A stretch of DNA of 43,036 nt. Origin: Chrysochromulina tobinii (Eukaryota). The position numbers and the translations under genes were made by a program. This document shows, piece after piece, positions 1 to 10,570 of this stretch (the first letter of the stretch is position 1; each line of letters begins with the position of its first letter). Under the pieces are notes generated by a model. The model saw only the letters and a list, made by a program, of their open reading frames with translations. It was not told the DNA's origin and searched no databases. The stretch is taken from positions 1 through 43,036 of the forward strand of contig JWZX01003086.1 in assembly GCA_001275005.1 (NCBI GenBank). The letters are read 5' to 3'.

Positions 1-128
1 GCCTAAGGTATTTTGAAGGTACATTTATTTTACATGTACATAGTCCAGTCTTCCCCCTCTTTCTCCCCTCTTTTTCAATTTTTTTATTATCGTTTCACCA
101 GCACCGGAAAAAAGCCGTCCTACCCCCT

Positions 129-240
129 TACCGGTAAAAAGACACCGGGGGGAGCCGGGACACACACGGGACACACGGGACACGCGGACGCACAAAGGCA
201 CACAGACCAAACCACAACCAACCAAACCCACCAACAACAA
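129..240 (-). mobile_element. 5'-truncated 3' tail of the CRE-like non-LTR retroelement family (~110 bp)
   Basis: Reverse complement reads ...gggtttggttggttgtggtttggtctgtgtg...gtgtgtcccggctccccccggtgtctttttaccggta; same end as the copies at 6350-6476 and 20350-20699. Confidence 0.75.
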
Positions 241-292
241 ACACCCCGCACGTCAGCGCGGTACACCTGCGATCGGAAAAGAGGCGATCGGG

Positions 293-2204
293 ATGCGATC
301 AACTCTTCTCTTCGCGCATGCGCCAGCGTTCCTCTCGCAATGGCTACCGGACACGCCACACCGCACGCTCGAGGAGCACATGGCACCCACGTATGCCGGC
401 GAGCGCTGCGCTTTTTACCACGTGCGTCGGCTTCAAACGACCAGCCAGCAGCGGCAATGGATGCCGCGGCTCGGCTGGCTCTCCCTGCGATCACCCGACC
501 TGCCCAACCTGACGCTGTCGGACGGTTACGGCACCTCGCGTCAGCAGAAGCTGATCCCGTGCCGTGAGGACGGCGACAACCGCGCGTGGCAGCATCCAGA
601 CGGTTGGAGTGTTTTGCTGTGCGCACCTGTGATGCTCGCTCCGCTCGCACCACCCGGCGGCGCATCAAGCAGCCTGAGCGTGCTCCTGGTGTCCAGCGAC
701 CACAACAACCACGGCTTCTTTGCACAGGTGGAGCGCGTGCTTAACCAGCTGCACACCGCCGACACACTCGGACTGGTCCCCTTTGTCTATCTGGGCCGCA
801 AGGTGGCCGCCGCACCCGACGCCTGCGGCATCGGCGAGAACCAGTACTTCGAGCCGAGCCGCGGTCCGAACGTGTGGGAGTACTACTTCGAGCCTGTGTC
901 AACGTACACGCTCGGCGCGCCAACGTTCCACGGGCGGCCCGTGAAGCTCCTCATCACGCCCGCCGAGGACGCGCGACGCCACTGCATCCGTGAAAGCCGG
1001 GACGCGGTGACAAGCTACTTTGAGTTCAAAAGGTGAGGCGCCGACGCGCGTGCAGCCCTCGACGCGTGCTGCAGGTTGGAAATGCGGGCGCCTGAGACCG
1101 TTCTGCCCTGCCCTGCGCTGCCCTGCGCTGCCCTGCGCTGCCCTGCGCTACCCTGCGCTGCCCTGCGCTGCCCTGCGCTGCCCTGCGCTGCCCTGCGCTG
1201 CCCTGCGCTGCTCGCGTCCACCCTGGCCCCTGACGCGCGGTGACTGTGAGCTCGATTTCGGTGGTAGGTTCGACTCGTCGCTGCATGAGATCCGAACGCG
1301 CGTGCGGCGTATGGGCGCGCGGCTCGTGCACCGTTGGGTGCGCGTCAAGGCGGACGTGCTGGGTGATGTGGCCGCGCTGCTAGCTGAGTGGCGTGGGCGG
1401 AGCAACCATCTGCTGGGCGTGCACCTGCGTGGCACTGACAAAGTGACCCACCCCAAAATCCCGCTCGAAAAGTTTGTGCGGTACATTGATCTCTACATGA
1501 CGGCGCACCCAGGGGCGCTCATCGTGCTCGCCACAGACGATGCCTCATACCACGCGCAGCTCACGGCCAGGTACCCGGGCAACGTGGTGGGTGCGTCGAG
1601 CGGGTACAACACGCGCAACGTTGTGCGAGACCGCACGATCAACGGGTATGCCAAGGGGCGCTCGGGTTTAGTCGATGCACTTCTGCTCGCCCACACAGAT
1701 TTCCTACTGAAGGGGACTTCATCGTTGGCCGAGTTTTCGCTCTGGTACAACCCGAGCCTGATCGAGCGCCACTTGGACTTGCAGATCTGCTGCGAGGGCG
1801 AGCGCTCGCCCGCGTACCAGGCACTGATCCCGCGTTGGGCAAACGGAGAGTACGAACCGCCACCGCTACCGCCCACAGAGACGCCTGAGGCGAAGTTGCT
1901 CGCGCTACAGGTTGCCGCGGGTGTGGCACCTCCGAGCGCCAGTGACTCGTCTGCATCGGATGCGAAGGGCGATCTTGAGGGCGCCCGCCTGCCTCCAGCC
2001 GCCAAGCGCCTTGAGGCGGCAGTTATCGCGGCTAGCGCGCGGCGCAGCGTTTTCGGTAGCGTATCCGGCGACAACGTGTCCATCTCACGACGGCGACGCG
2101 GGCGGCGCGGGCGACGCAGCGAGCGCGAAGCCGCCGCCGGTGAGAACGCGGTGCCGGCCTGGCCGCTCCCAGCGCACGTGCCTTCAGCGGTCCAGCGTCT
2201 TTAA
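293..2204 (+). CDS. NodZ/GT23-like O-fucosyltransferase, 2 exons (293-1032, 1268-2204)
   Basis: Motifs GFFAQV, NVWEYYFEPV, LGVHLRGTDK, IVLATDD, DALLLAHTDFLLKGTSSL; a GT..AG intron at 1033-1267 joins the two ORFs in frame (FEFKR|FDSS). Confidence 0.75.
1033..1267 (+). other. Spliceosomal intron (235 bp)
   Basis: AG|GTGAG donor and GGTAG|G acceptor; removal restores the reading frame. Confidence 0.75.
1111..1210 (+). repeat. Intronic minisatellite (CCCTGCGCTG)x10
   Basis: Ten 10-bp units, one with a single mismatch. Confidence 0.97.
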
Positions 2205-2592
2205 GTACGGTATTATGCGCCGGCTGTATAGAGTCCCTAGGGCGTTGATGACAGTCCTGGTTGTGGACGTTATGTGTGGATGTGAGCGGAGTAGCGGACC
2301 CCAATGGAGTCGAGCAGTGCCGGGAGTCGAAGGCAGAATTCTTTTGAGATTGAGTGCGGCGCGTGTGTGGCGATGGGCGCGAGGAAGCTCTAGTCGTATG
2401 AGCTTCAGCGCTAGTTTCGTCGTTTTAGGTGGAGCTTGTTTAGTTGAAGGGGCATGATTTCGTTTGCGAGGAGCCTGCTAGCCCGGCAAGGGGTCGTGTC
2501 GCACGCGCACCCGCGGCTGCATTAGTACGGCAAGTCGAAGTGTCTCGTCTACGAGACACGTTGACGCTGATCACCCAAAGACCTGCATCGGA

Positions 2593-3270
2593 CTAACATC
2601 CGCTGTGGTCCACTCTCTTCACCTGGCTCGCGTTAATGGGCACACCCAGTGCCTGCGCAACTCGCAGAAGGCTGTTGAAGGTCTCGTCGCCCATGGCGCT
2701 CCCTCGGCCAGCGATGACGAGCTCCGTGACGGGTGGAAGCCGCTTATCTTTGAGGCAGCTGTAGAGTATGAAAGTACTTGGCGTCACGTCAACGAGCGCG
2801 GTCGGTAGCTGGATGAGCTTGCTGCCAGGAAACGACGTCTCCATCTTAGTCCAGATGCCAGTTGACACCTCGTCGGCAGTGTACTGCTCATCAATATGAA
2901 ATGGAATTTGGCCGTACTTTACAGCAAAGTCCGCCGTGATGCCGCCGTGCTGGTCGGTGGTGGTGATGTTTTGTGTTTGGCAGCTCGCTCCGATTTGTGC
3001 GACGTCTTCATAGCCAAGCTCGTACCAGAAGCCACTCATCAGCGATGCCACCTGCTCCTTTGAGCGCGCTGTGACGTTAGCACTGCGTAGGCTAGCCAAG
3101 TCAGGGCACTTGTCCGCGGCCGCCACCGTCTCGACCAAAAGACACCAGACGAGAGCGACTATGCCGACGCACAAATGACGAAAGCGACCATGCCGCGGTT
3201 GGTTCACGTGCACGCTTGGGGAGAAGACCACAAGTCTAATAAAGGCCTTCATTTGCATTTTCGTCGACAT
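2593..3270 (-). CDS. Secreted lipocalin-like protein
   Basis: Hydrophobic signal-like segment followed by CP...GFWYELG (lipocalin GxWYE motif), internal Cys residues and a C-terminal Cys. Confidence 0.6.
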   Translation of the reverse strand: MSTKMQMKAFIRLVVFSPSVHVNQPRHGRFRHLCVGIVALVWCLLVETVAAADKCPDLASLRSANVTARSKEQVASLMSGFWYELGYEDVAQIGASCQTQNITTTDQHGGITADFAVKYGQIPFHIDEQYTADEVSTGIWTKMETSFPGSKLIQLPTALVDVTPSTFILYSCLKDKRLPPVTELVIAGRGSAMGDETFNSLLRVAQALGVPINASQVKRVDHSGC

Positions 3271-3485
3271 GAGCCTTCACATTCACACGGATTTGAACGC
3301 AAAGGACTCTTTTTTCGTGCGTCTAAAAGCGTCCAGCGCGAAAAGCGTCCGTGCGGCCCCTCGAAAAATTTGAGATTCTTCTGGAAAAGCGCTATCCGTT
3401 CCTAAGGGTAAAAAGTATACGTGGTCATAGAGCAAGGATTCAGACATCTTGCGCGGTAGTGCAGACGCGCCGTCGTGGGCAACCT

Positions 3486-4676
3486 CTAGGCTTTCGACGC
3501 CCCAGGAGCTGGACTGCTTTTGTGCGGCGGCGGTGGCGGATCCCTACTCAGATTCTCAAAATTGTCCCACATTACGGGGATGGGCGCGAACACGGTAAAT
3601 CGTGAGTCGATCCTGTACGAGTGAATCCACTGTACAGGCTCGAGTTGCAGATGAACATACAAGAAGCACTCCTGGATGGCATAGCTCCCACACCAGAACT
3701 TCACGGCATCTCGAATGGATTGGTTGACGTTCGGGCACGAAAGAGTTTCTGCCCTGAAGAGTGCATCTGCCCGTGCACGTGGTGCTATGACAAACTGGTC
3801 ATCCATGAAATAAGTTCCGAGTGGGCATCCCCCGTTAATGGCCCATGAATTATGCGTGTTCATCGAGTAAAAGGAGACGGGCACTCGATGAGTGACCGGC
3901 GCGCACCGCACGCGAGCATAGACCAGCGTCTCCGTGCTTTGCGTCTGAAAGGTTGACCTCTGGCCGACTCGCATACTCACGAGGGGCGGTGCATCAGTGA
4001 AGGGCCAGTCGTCCCGAGCTTTGACCACAAATTCGAACTTGAGACTCGTGAAGCGCCCCGCCAGTGGACTCTTCGATCTCCACTGGGACTCGAACTCTTC
4101 GATCTCCTTCACTCGCGCAAAGCATGCAGCAGCCTTCACCCATTGCACATAGAAGGAACGATAATTCGCATCAAGAGCCACGGGACACTTCACATCGTCT
4201 CGGGACTGGTTGCCCCAGGAACAGACTTTCCGTGCCCAAATCCAAGGTTGCTGGTTGTGTAGCGGTGTGTCTATCGGCAGGCCACTTGTGTCGCCACACC
4301 GACGCGCAACAGCCTGCGACACGTTGACTGGACAATACACCTCATGCACGTTCGAATGAGGCAGGTGCCAAATCTCTCGAATGCTTCTCGCCGTCCAATT
4401 CATGTCAGCCTTGGCAGCGTCATTTGCAAGGATGACATGAAGCCCATCCCATGAGGGCGCGCCCAGCATCAACTTACGCGCAAATCCAGCTTGCTGTGTC
4501 CAGTGTGCGACAGCCTTTGCATCACCCGAACCACCTCGTAGCTTGCCCGGCAGGCACAGAGCAGCAAACAGCGGCGGCGGATCTCGTGGTGGGTTCGCCA
4601 TCTCTGAAAAGGTCAGCCATCTCCGAAAAAGGTCACCTCCGAAAAGGTCAGCTCCGCCCAGTCTCTTAAACTTCAT
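3486..4676 (-). CDS. Hypothetical protein, possibly glycosyltransferase-like
   Basis: ~400-codon ORF with AALCLPGKLR, FEFVVKARDD and DDQFVIAPR motifs reminiscent of algal GT-A-like families; start codon uncertain (4676 or 4601). Confidence 0.45.
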   Translation of the reverse strand: MKFKRLGGADLFGGDLFRRWLTFSEMANPPRDPPPLFAALCLPGKLRGGSGDAKAVAHWTQQAGFARKLMLGAPSWDGLHVILANDAAKADMNWTARSIREIWHLPHSNVHEVYCPVNVSQAVARRCGDTSGLPIDTPLHNQQPWIWARKVCSWGNQSRDDVKCPVALDANYRSFYVQWVKAAACFARVKEIEEFESQWRSKSPLAGRFTSLKFEFVVKARDDWPFTDAPPLVSMRVGQRSTFQTQSTETLVYARVRCAPVTHRVPVSFYSMNTHNSWAINGGCPLGTYFMDDQFVIAPRARADALFRAETLSCPNVNQSIRDAVKFWCGSYAIQECFLYVHLQLEPVQWIHSYRIDSRFTVFAPIPVMWDNFENLSRDPPPPPHKSSPAPGASKA

Positions 4677-4817
4677 GGCCACACAGGGCCACAAGAACTT
4701 TCAGTTGAACCACACACGCGAGCGCGCACCGGCCAGCTACTAAAGTTGTAGGTCAATTCCGTCTGTGTTTCACGCTTTTTAAAGGGCACCATTTTGGAAC
4801 CGCAAACGGCAGAGACA

Positions 4818-5970
4818 TCATCCATCACCCTGACCCTCCTCGTTCACCGACGCCGCATTCCAATACCGCATCCCATACTCGCACCCGAGCTCCATCGGCT
4901 CCGTATTGACAAACGTCACGTCCCGCGAGAGCGTCGAGACGGGCCTCGTCGGGCGCAGCTCGCTCGGCCGTTCGGGGTTGCGCTCCATGCGCTGAACGAG
5001 AACGAGCTACGGAACGAGACTCACACACGCCGCGGTGAGCGAGAGCGCCCAGCGCCAGACAACGGAGGTGGTTCGCACGCGGGTCAAGGACGGGCACCCG
5101 GGCACCCGGGCACGGTTCAAAGCGCCTACGAAAGCTGACAAGGTTGCGCTCGGACGAGTCGGTGCCATAGCCATCGGCCGCGTTCACGGATGCGCCCGGC
5201 ATTGCGAGGTCGTTGCTGAACTGGCCGATGTTCATAATGCTCAGCGCGCCTTGATCTGTGTGGGGCACGAAATATCGAGCGCCCGCCCACTCGGGGTCGG
5301 CTTCGATGGCTTGCACCTCTCCCGTGTGGGCGTCGCGCACGATGGTATGGCCCGCAATGGCCTCGACGTCCGCGCCTGTCGCGAGCAGGCTCGCGACAGT
5401 GTGCAACTCACGCTCAAAGAAGAAGCTGGTGAGCGCTGTCTTCAGCCAGAAACCGACTGTCTTGCCACCAAGCTCATCGGGCGACGCCATCATCTGGCCG
5501 TGCGCGTAGCCGCACATGGCGACACCCTCATTCAGTGTGACTGACTCGACGCCCTCTGCGAGCCGCACGAAGAGCCCAAGGCCTGCTTGGCCGTCGCCGC
5601 CGCTCGCCAGCGACTCGGCCACCTCAAGTATGAGGCCGACTTCTGGGAGCTCAATGGAGCACACGACGCCGCGCAGCGTCTCACCAGGTGCCGGCGTGGG
5701 TCCTTGATAGGGTGGCGGCGCTGGCTCCTCGAGCTCGACCGTGTCCGCGGCGTCGGCGAGAGCGATCAGCTCATCGTCAGACATCGCCATCAGTGCCTGC
5801 TCCTCCTCCGTGAGGTCTTCGGCCTGCTCTGCACTGATCTCGTCGGCCCATTGAGGAGCGCACAAGCAGATAGCTCGAACTGGAAGCGCCAGCTGCGTTC
5901 CGCGCTGCTGAATGCACGGCGTGCGAGCAACGAGGGCCAGCGCTGCAGCCGCCACGAGCAAAGATGCCAT
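4818..5970 (-). CDS. Divergent SET-like protein with N-terminal signal/transit-like peptide, 2 exons (5970-5140, 5006-4818)
   Basis: MASLLVAAAALAL leader; AGLGLFV and IGQFSND motifs; splicing a GT..AG intron at 5139-5007 yields the C-terminus ...MELGCEYGMRYW (SET ELxxxYG-like). Confidence 0.6.
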
Positions 5971-6197
5971 GTCAACGCCCGACCTGAACAAGTGTGAATC
6001 TGTGTGTGAATTTAAAACAGGACCACACAGTACAGCGGCGCTCATGCGGGCGCGTCCCCGGGGGGGGGCGCTTACATGACTACTGGCAACAGGCCAGCAA
6101 GCGGGGCGCCGCTAAGGCGTGTGTGCGGTAGGAATACAGAAGTCCTTGTGAAGATGTGAACCTGGTTGAACCCCCGGTCGTTGGTTGGGACCCCGGT

Positions 6198-6510
6198 TAC
6201 GGTAAAAAGACACCGGGGGGAGCCGGGGGTGTTGGGACACACACGGGGCGACACGGGAATTTACCGGTACAACTTTGATGAAAAACTCCTGCTACCGGTA
6301 CCGGTAAAAAGACACCGGGGGGAGCCGGGACCGGTACCGGTAAGGAACGTTGTTCGTGGGTTTGGATGGTTGTGAGGTTCGTCTGTGCGGTCCGTACGTG
6401 TCCACAGACGCGTGCACAGACACACATTCACATTCACACCAGGTGTCCCGGCTCCCCCGGTGTATTTTTACCGGTAACGAAACAACTTCCATACTGTACA
6501 GTACCGGTAA
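6198..6510. mobile_element. Nest of three retroelement 3'-tail copies (6198-6258 minus, 6299-6331 minus, 6350-6476 plus) with TACCGGTA palindromes
   Basis: ggtaaaaagacaccggggggagccggg occurs twice and its reverse complement once; extra TACCGGTA sites at ~6262, 6293, 6335 and 6502. Confidence 0.75.
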
Positions 6511-6552
6511 ACTGTTTCCTCCCATACACACGCTCGTGAGGACGGAGTGGGG

Positions 6553-7988
6553 ATGGAAGCAGTCGTGAACGCCACCTCGCCGCCCTCGCTGCCACCCGCC
6601 CCCTTGCGGCCGCTGATGGAGTTGCTGGCCTCCCTCATCACCTTCCTCTCCACCTTCCACACTACGTTACTTGCCGCCATCGCCTCCACCTCCACTACCA
6701 CCAAATCAGCTCCAACCTTCTCTGCCGCCAACCCCGCCACTGACAAGCATGCACTCGAGTGCGCGCTGGACCCAGTGAGATCATGGCACTCGGTGCGCCT
6801 CATCTGGTACTGCATCCTCTTTGTGGTGGGCATGCTCATCGTGCTGCTCAGCAACGCAGTGCGCCGTGATCGGCGCCAGGTGCGCGACACGCTCGCCCTG
6901 CTTACCCCTGAGCAGAGCTGGATCTTGCGAAGGCGGTTGCGCGCCGCAACGCCTGCTTCCGCAAAAGCTGCGCCTGCATCGAACAGGCGGTTGCGTGTCG
7001 CAACGCCTGTGTCCGCGAAAGCTGCGCCTGCATCGAACACGGCCGTCGTCGTCGGCGCCATTGACAAAGTACCAGCCCTCACCAAGGCGATAGGCGGCGG
7101 TATGACGAAACTGATCAAGTTGAGTGATGCATCTGGCAAGCTGAAGACCACCGAGGTGGCGGCCGAGAGGCTTGATCGTTCAATGCTCGTCACTGACGAT
7201 GTCTTCATCCTGGACACTGGCTCCGAGATCTTTGTGTGGGTGGGGAAGGGGGCAACGCCCAAGGAGAAGCGTGGTGGGCTCGCAAACGGCGTCGCGTACG
7301 CCGAGCAGTCTGAACGACCCAAGGGGACGCGGGTGCTCAAGGTCATGGAGGGTTCAGAGCCAACGACCTTCAAAGCCAACTTTAAGGACTGGGACACGTG
7401 GGCCCCGCAGAGTGACTCGATGAAGCGTCTCGAGTCGAAGAAGATCAGAGAGCCATTTGCGGCAGCAGCGAGCAGCAACAGTACTCGTAGTAGCAGCACC
7501 AGCACCAGCACCAGCATCATCAGCACCATCAGTGGCGGCGGCGGCGGCGGCAGTGTCGGCGGCACGTCGATGGTCGTCGCCGAGGACCTACAGGACGCGC
7601 CCGATCCGGGCGCGGTCTTCGACGCAATCCTGAGCAGCACGAGCGCCACGGACACGCGCACCATCAGTGAGATCGGGGACTACCTCATAAGTCAGTGCAC
7701 GATGAAGCTCGCGCTCGTGCCTCGGGTCCTCCGCATGATCGACGCCAACGGCGACGGGATCATCGACCGTGGCGAGTTTATCAAAGCCCACGAGGCGGGT
7801 ATCTTTGTGTCCAAGGTACCGGCGGCAAGGACCGCAGCGGCACGGGCAGGGCGTGCGCCGCCAACCTCGGCGATACCCATCAAGCTTGCGTCAGCCTCCA
7901 CTTCGCCACCGCCATCGCCACCCGTTGCTTCTGACATGGAGAATGAGACAACAACAGCGACAGAAACCGTGTTGGATCGCACGGAGGA

Positions 7989-8032
<44 letters not shown>

Positions 8033-10053
8033 TGAGCGTTGCCAATGCAGACAATACGCCCGACAAAGCATCGGCACGTGTAGCCAGGTCTCTCCTTCCA
8101 GCATTGAATCGAGTAGTCACCGACGAGAAGATGGCGTCCTATCCCAAGGAAATCGAGAAGCTGAAGACAGAGAACGCCAAATTGGATCGTGACATCGACG
8201 AGCTGATGGAATCAGACGATTTGGAAAGGGTGACTACCTTGATGAGTGAGCGGCGGCGCAACCGCACTAGGATCTCTGATCTCGAGGGAGAGCTTCAGCA
8301 TGCTCTGAAGTCCGCCCCTTTGCCGCCGGCCGCCAACTTCGCCATTCCTGCCCTGGCACGAGTACTGGCCATATCACCAAAGATAGCACCAAACCAGGCC
8401 AATACACGGGTCGATTTGCAGGTACCACTGTTCAGCCAGCGCTGTCACGAGGACGATGATTCGGTTTGGAAGCGCCTGTGCATCGCGTGCACACACAATC
8501 ATTCGCTGACTGCAGGCATCTTTACACTGGGCGCACCGGGCTTCACACGCGCCCAGACGGTGATGATCCTGGCCAACGTCTTCGCCTTCGAGCTCGTCAT
8601 GCTGTCCCTCTTGTACTCTGCGCCAGAGCCGCTACCCGTAGATCACGTCATCGGGCACCCTCCGGTTGAGGCGGTGCCCGCCGCTGTCATCAACCCGGCA
8701 GCCATCTTCTTCTCGGCCTGCGTCGTGGCCGCCATGTGCATCCCGGCGTCTGTAATCTTCGCGGGGGTCTTTGACCCGATCATTTTCCTCAGGGTGCCCA
8801 AGAACCGACTGTGGCTGACCTTTTGCTGGCCGTATTGGTTTGTCTGGATGCGCCTCAAGGGATGGCTGTGCCCCAAGAGACCCAAGGTCACCGTCTCCGA
8901 CGCTCGAGAGGCCGCCGCCGAGCAGCAGGTCAGCAGTACCATCGTTGAATCCTTTGTGCCCGACGCACCTGACGATGGGGCACAACTCGAGGTCAAGGGT
9001 GACCCCAAGCCCGACTCCGATTCCAGCGAGCTCGGATTCAAAATACCAGAAATCAACGGCATCATGACCAACCTGGGCTCGCTGTTAGCCTCGCCTCATC
9101 TCGCCTCAGCCTTGATGAATGCAGAGGAATTCGTCGAAGAATGGGATGCTGATGGTGACGGAGCGATCGACAAGACTGAGTTTCGCGCAGCGGTCGCGGC
9201 GCTTGGATACCACGCTCCCCACAAAGACGTCGATGAGGTCTTCGCAACGCTCGACTCGAACGGCGGTGGCAAGATCGAATTCGACGAGCTCGATGGTGCT
9301 ATAGTCTCGGCAGTGTCGGAGGCGGCCAGGATGGAGCTGAAACAGCCGAGGGCGGCGCCTGCGGCTGAACGTGCTCAGAAGCGCAAGGTTGAGCAGACGG
9401 TCGATCGCCTGAGAACGCCTCGAGGGCCCGGAGCTCGGCTCCAAAATAGCTTGAGAAAGGCGGCACGTGCTGAGGCCGCCGTGGCTGCGTTGAGCCGCAC
9501 CAGGGTATCCCTGGCAGCATCGCCGCCCCCGTCTCCATCTCCTTTGCATCCTCGCGGCTCTACCGTTCAAATGTCTGATTCTCCATCCGCTCCCGGCGAG
9601 ACTTGCTTTTCTGCTGGCGACTTGTCGCCGAGCGCTGTTCAGCTTTCTGACTCTCCATCCGTTCCCGGCGAGACTCGCTTTTCTGCTGGCGAATCGTCGC
9701 CGAGGGCCGTATCGAATGAGAGCATCAACGAGGGGCTACTTAAGGCGTCGCTCACGTACTCGTGGGGGAACAAGGACTGGGCCGCCGTGAAGAAGATCCT
9801 GCTGAGCTGGACTCTGTCGCTCTCGCTGTTCGTGATAGCGTGCTTCTTCTTCTTGTTGTACGGCTGCCAGCTCTTTGAGCCCCAGGAGCAGCAGCACCAG
9901 CACCAGCAGCAGGAGAGTGACGATGGAGCAGGCAATCCTTACGAGCTCATCTACGCGTGGGCCATCTCCTGTTTCCTGCGGTTTCTGTTTCTTGAGCCTG
10001 CGCTCATCCTCGCAAGGAAGGGACTGCCCATGCTGTTTGCCTGGGCAGGATAG
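6553..10053 (+). CDS. Large membrane protein with gelsolin domain, EF-hands, coiled coil and polycystin-1-like TM region
   Basis: Gelsolin repeat DVFILDTGSEIFVWVGKGA (7102-7392); EF loops DANGDGIIDRGE, DADGDGAIDKTE, DSNGGGKIEFDE; HNHSL...FTRAQ followed by TM helices. Confidence 0.7.
7990..8031 (+). repeat. (GAC/ACG)n microsatellite encoding poly-Thr
   Basis: Direct reading of the trinucleotide run. Confidence 0.95.
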
Positions 10054-10570
10054 GTACTGTCGAGAGAGAGGAAACAAAACTAGAAGTGATTTATGTAGCT
10101 CCGTAGGGGTAGGCTCAAGGCGGTGCGCTGCCATCAGAGTAGTTCGGAATTGTGACGCATGACGTTCGTTAATGTTGCGTTGCGGGGTTGCGCGTTGCGT
10201 TCATTACCCCGACATCGCTCGCTTCGTTCCCTCCTCCGCGCTTCGGTCCGCGGTTGGAGGTCGGCGGTACTGCGGCGTAGTGCGGGTTCGGTTCGGGCGT
10301 TCGGCCGGGGGCATCGCGCTAGACCCGCTTGGCTTCTGAGTAGGCCGCCGTGTGGGCCCCGGAGTTGGCTTGGTCGTGCGCGTGCATACAAAGGTTCGGT
10401 TATTCTAGAGATTCCACCTGCGCTGGGTCTGGTCTAGGTAATTTCGTACCGGCTCCCCCCGCCGGAACGGTACGCGGAGACTTTTGGGCTTGCGCGTGCG
10501 TTCACACCATGGTTCACACAGGCCGCAATGCAAATTATTCCTCCTCCCCCTCCGGAAAGACCGACTGTGC

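Noticed and set aside
13..567. ORFs over the repeat copies (13-567, 20136-20669, 20294-20611)
   Set aside because: Translations of non-coding tail sequence
1111..1210. CRISPR-like array or Cys/Pro-rich coding repeat
   Set aside because: No spacers, and it lies within a GT-AG intron
10446..10460. taccggctccccccg resembling the retroelement tail
   Set aside because: Only ~13 nt of low-complexity match and lacks GGTGTCTTTTT
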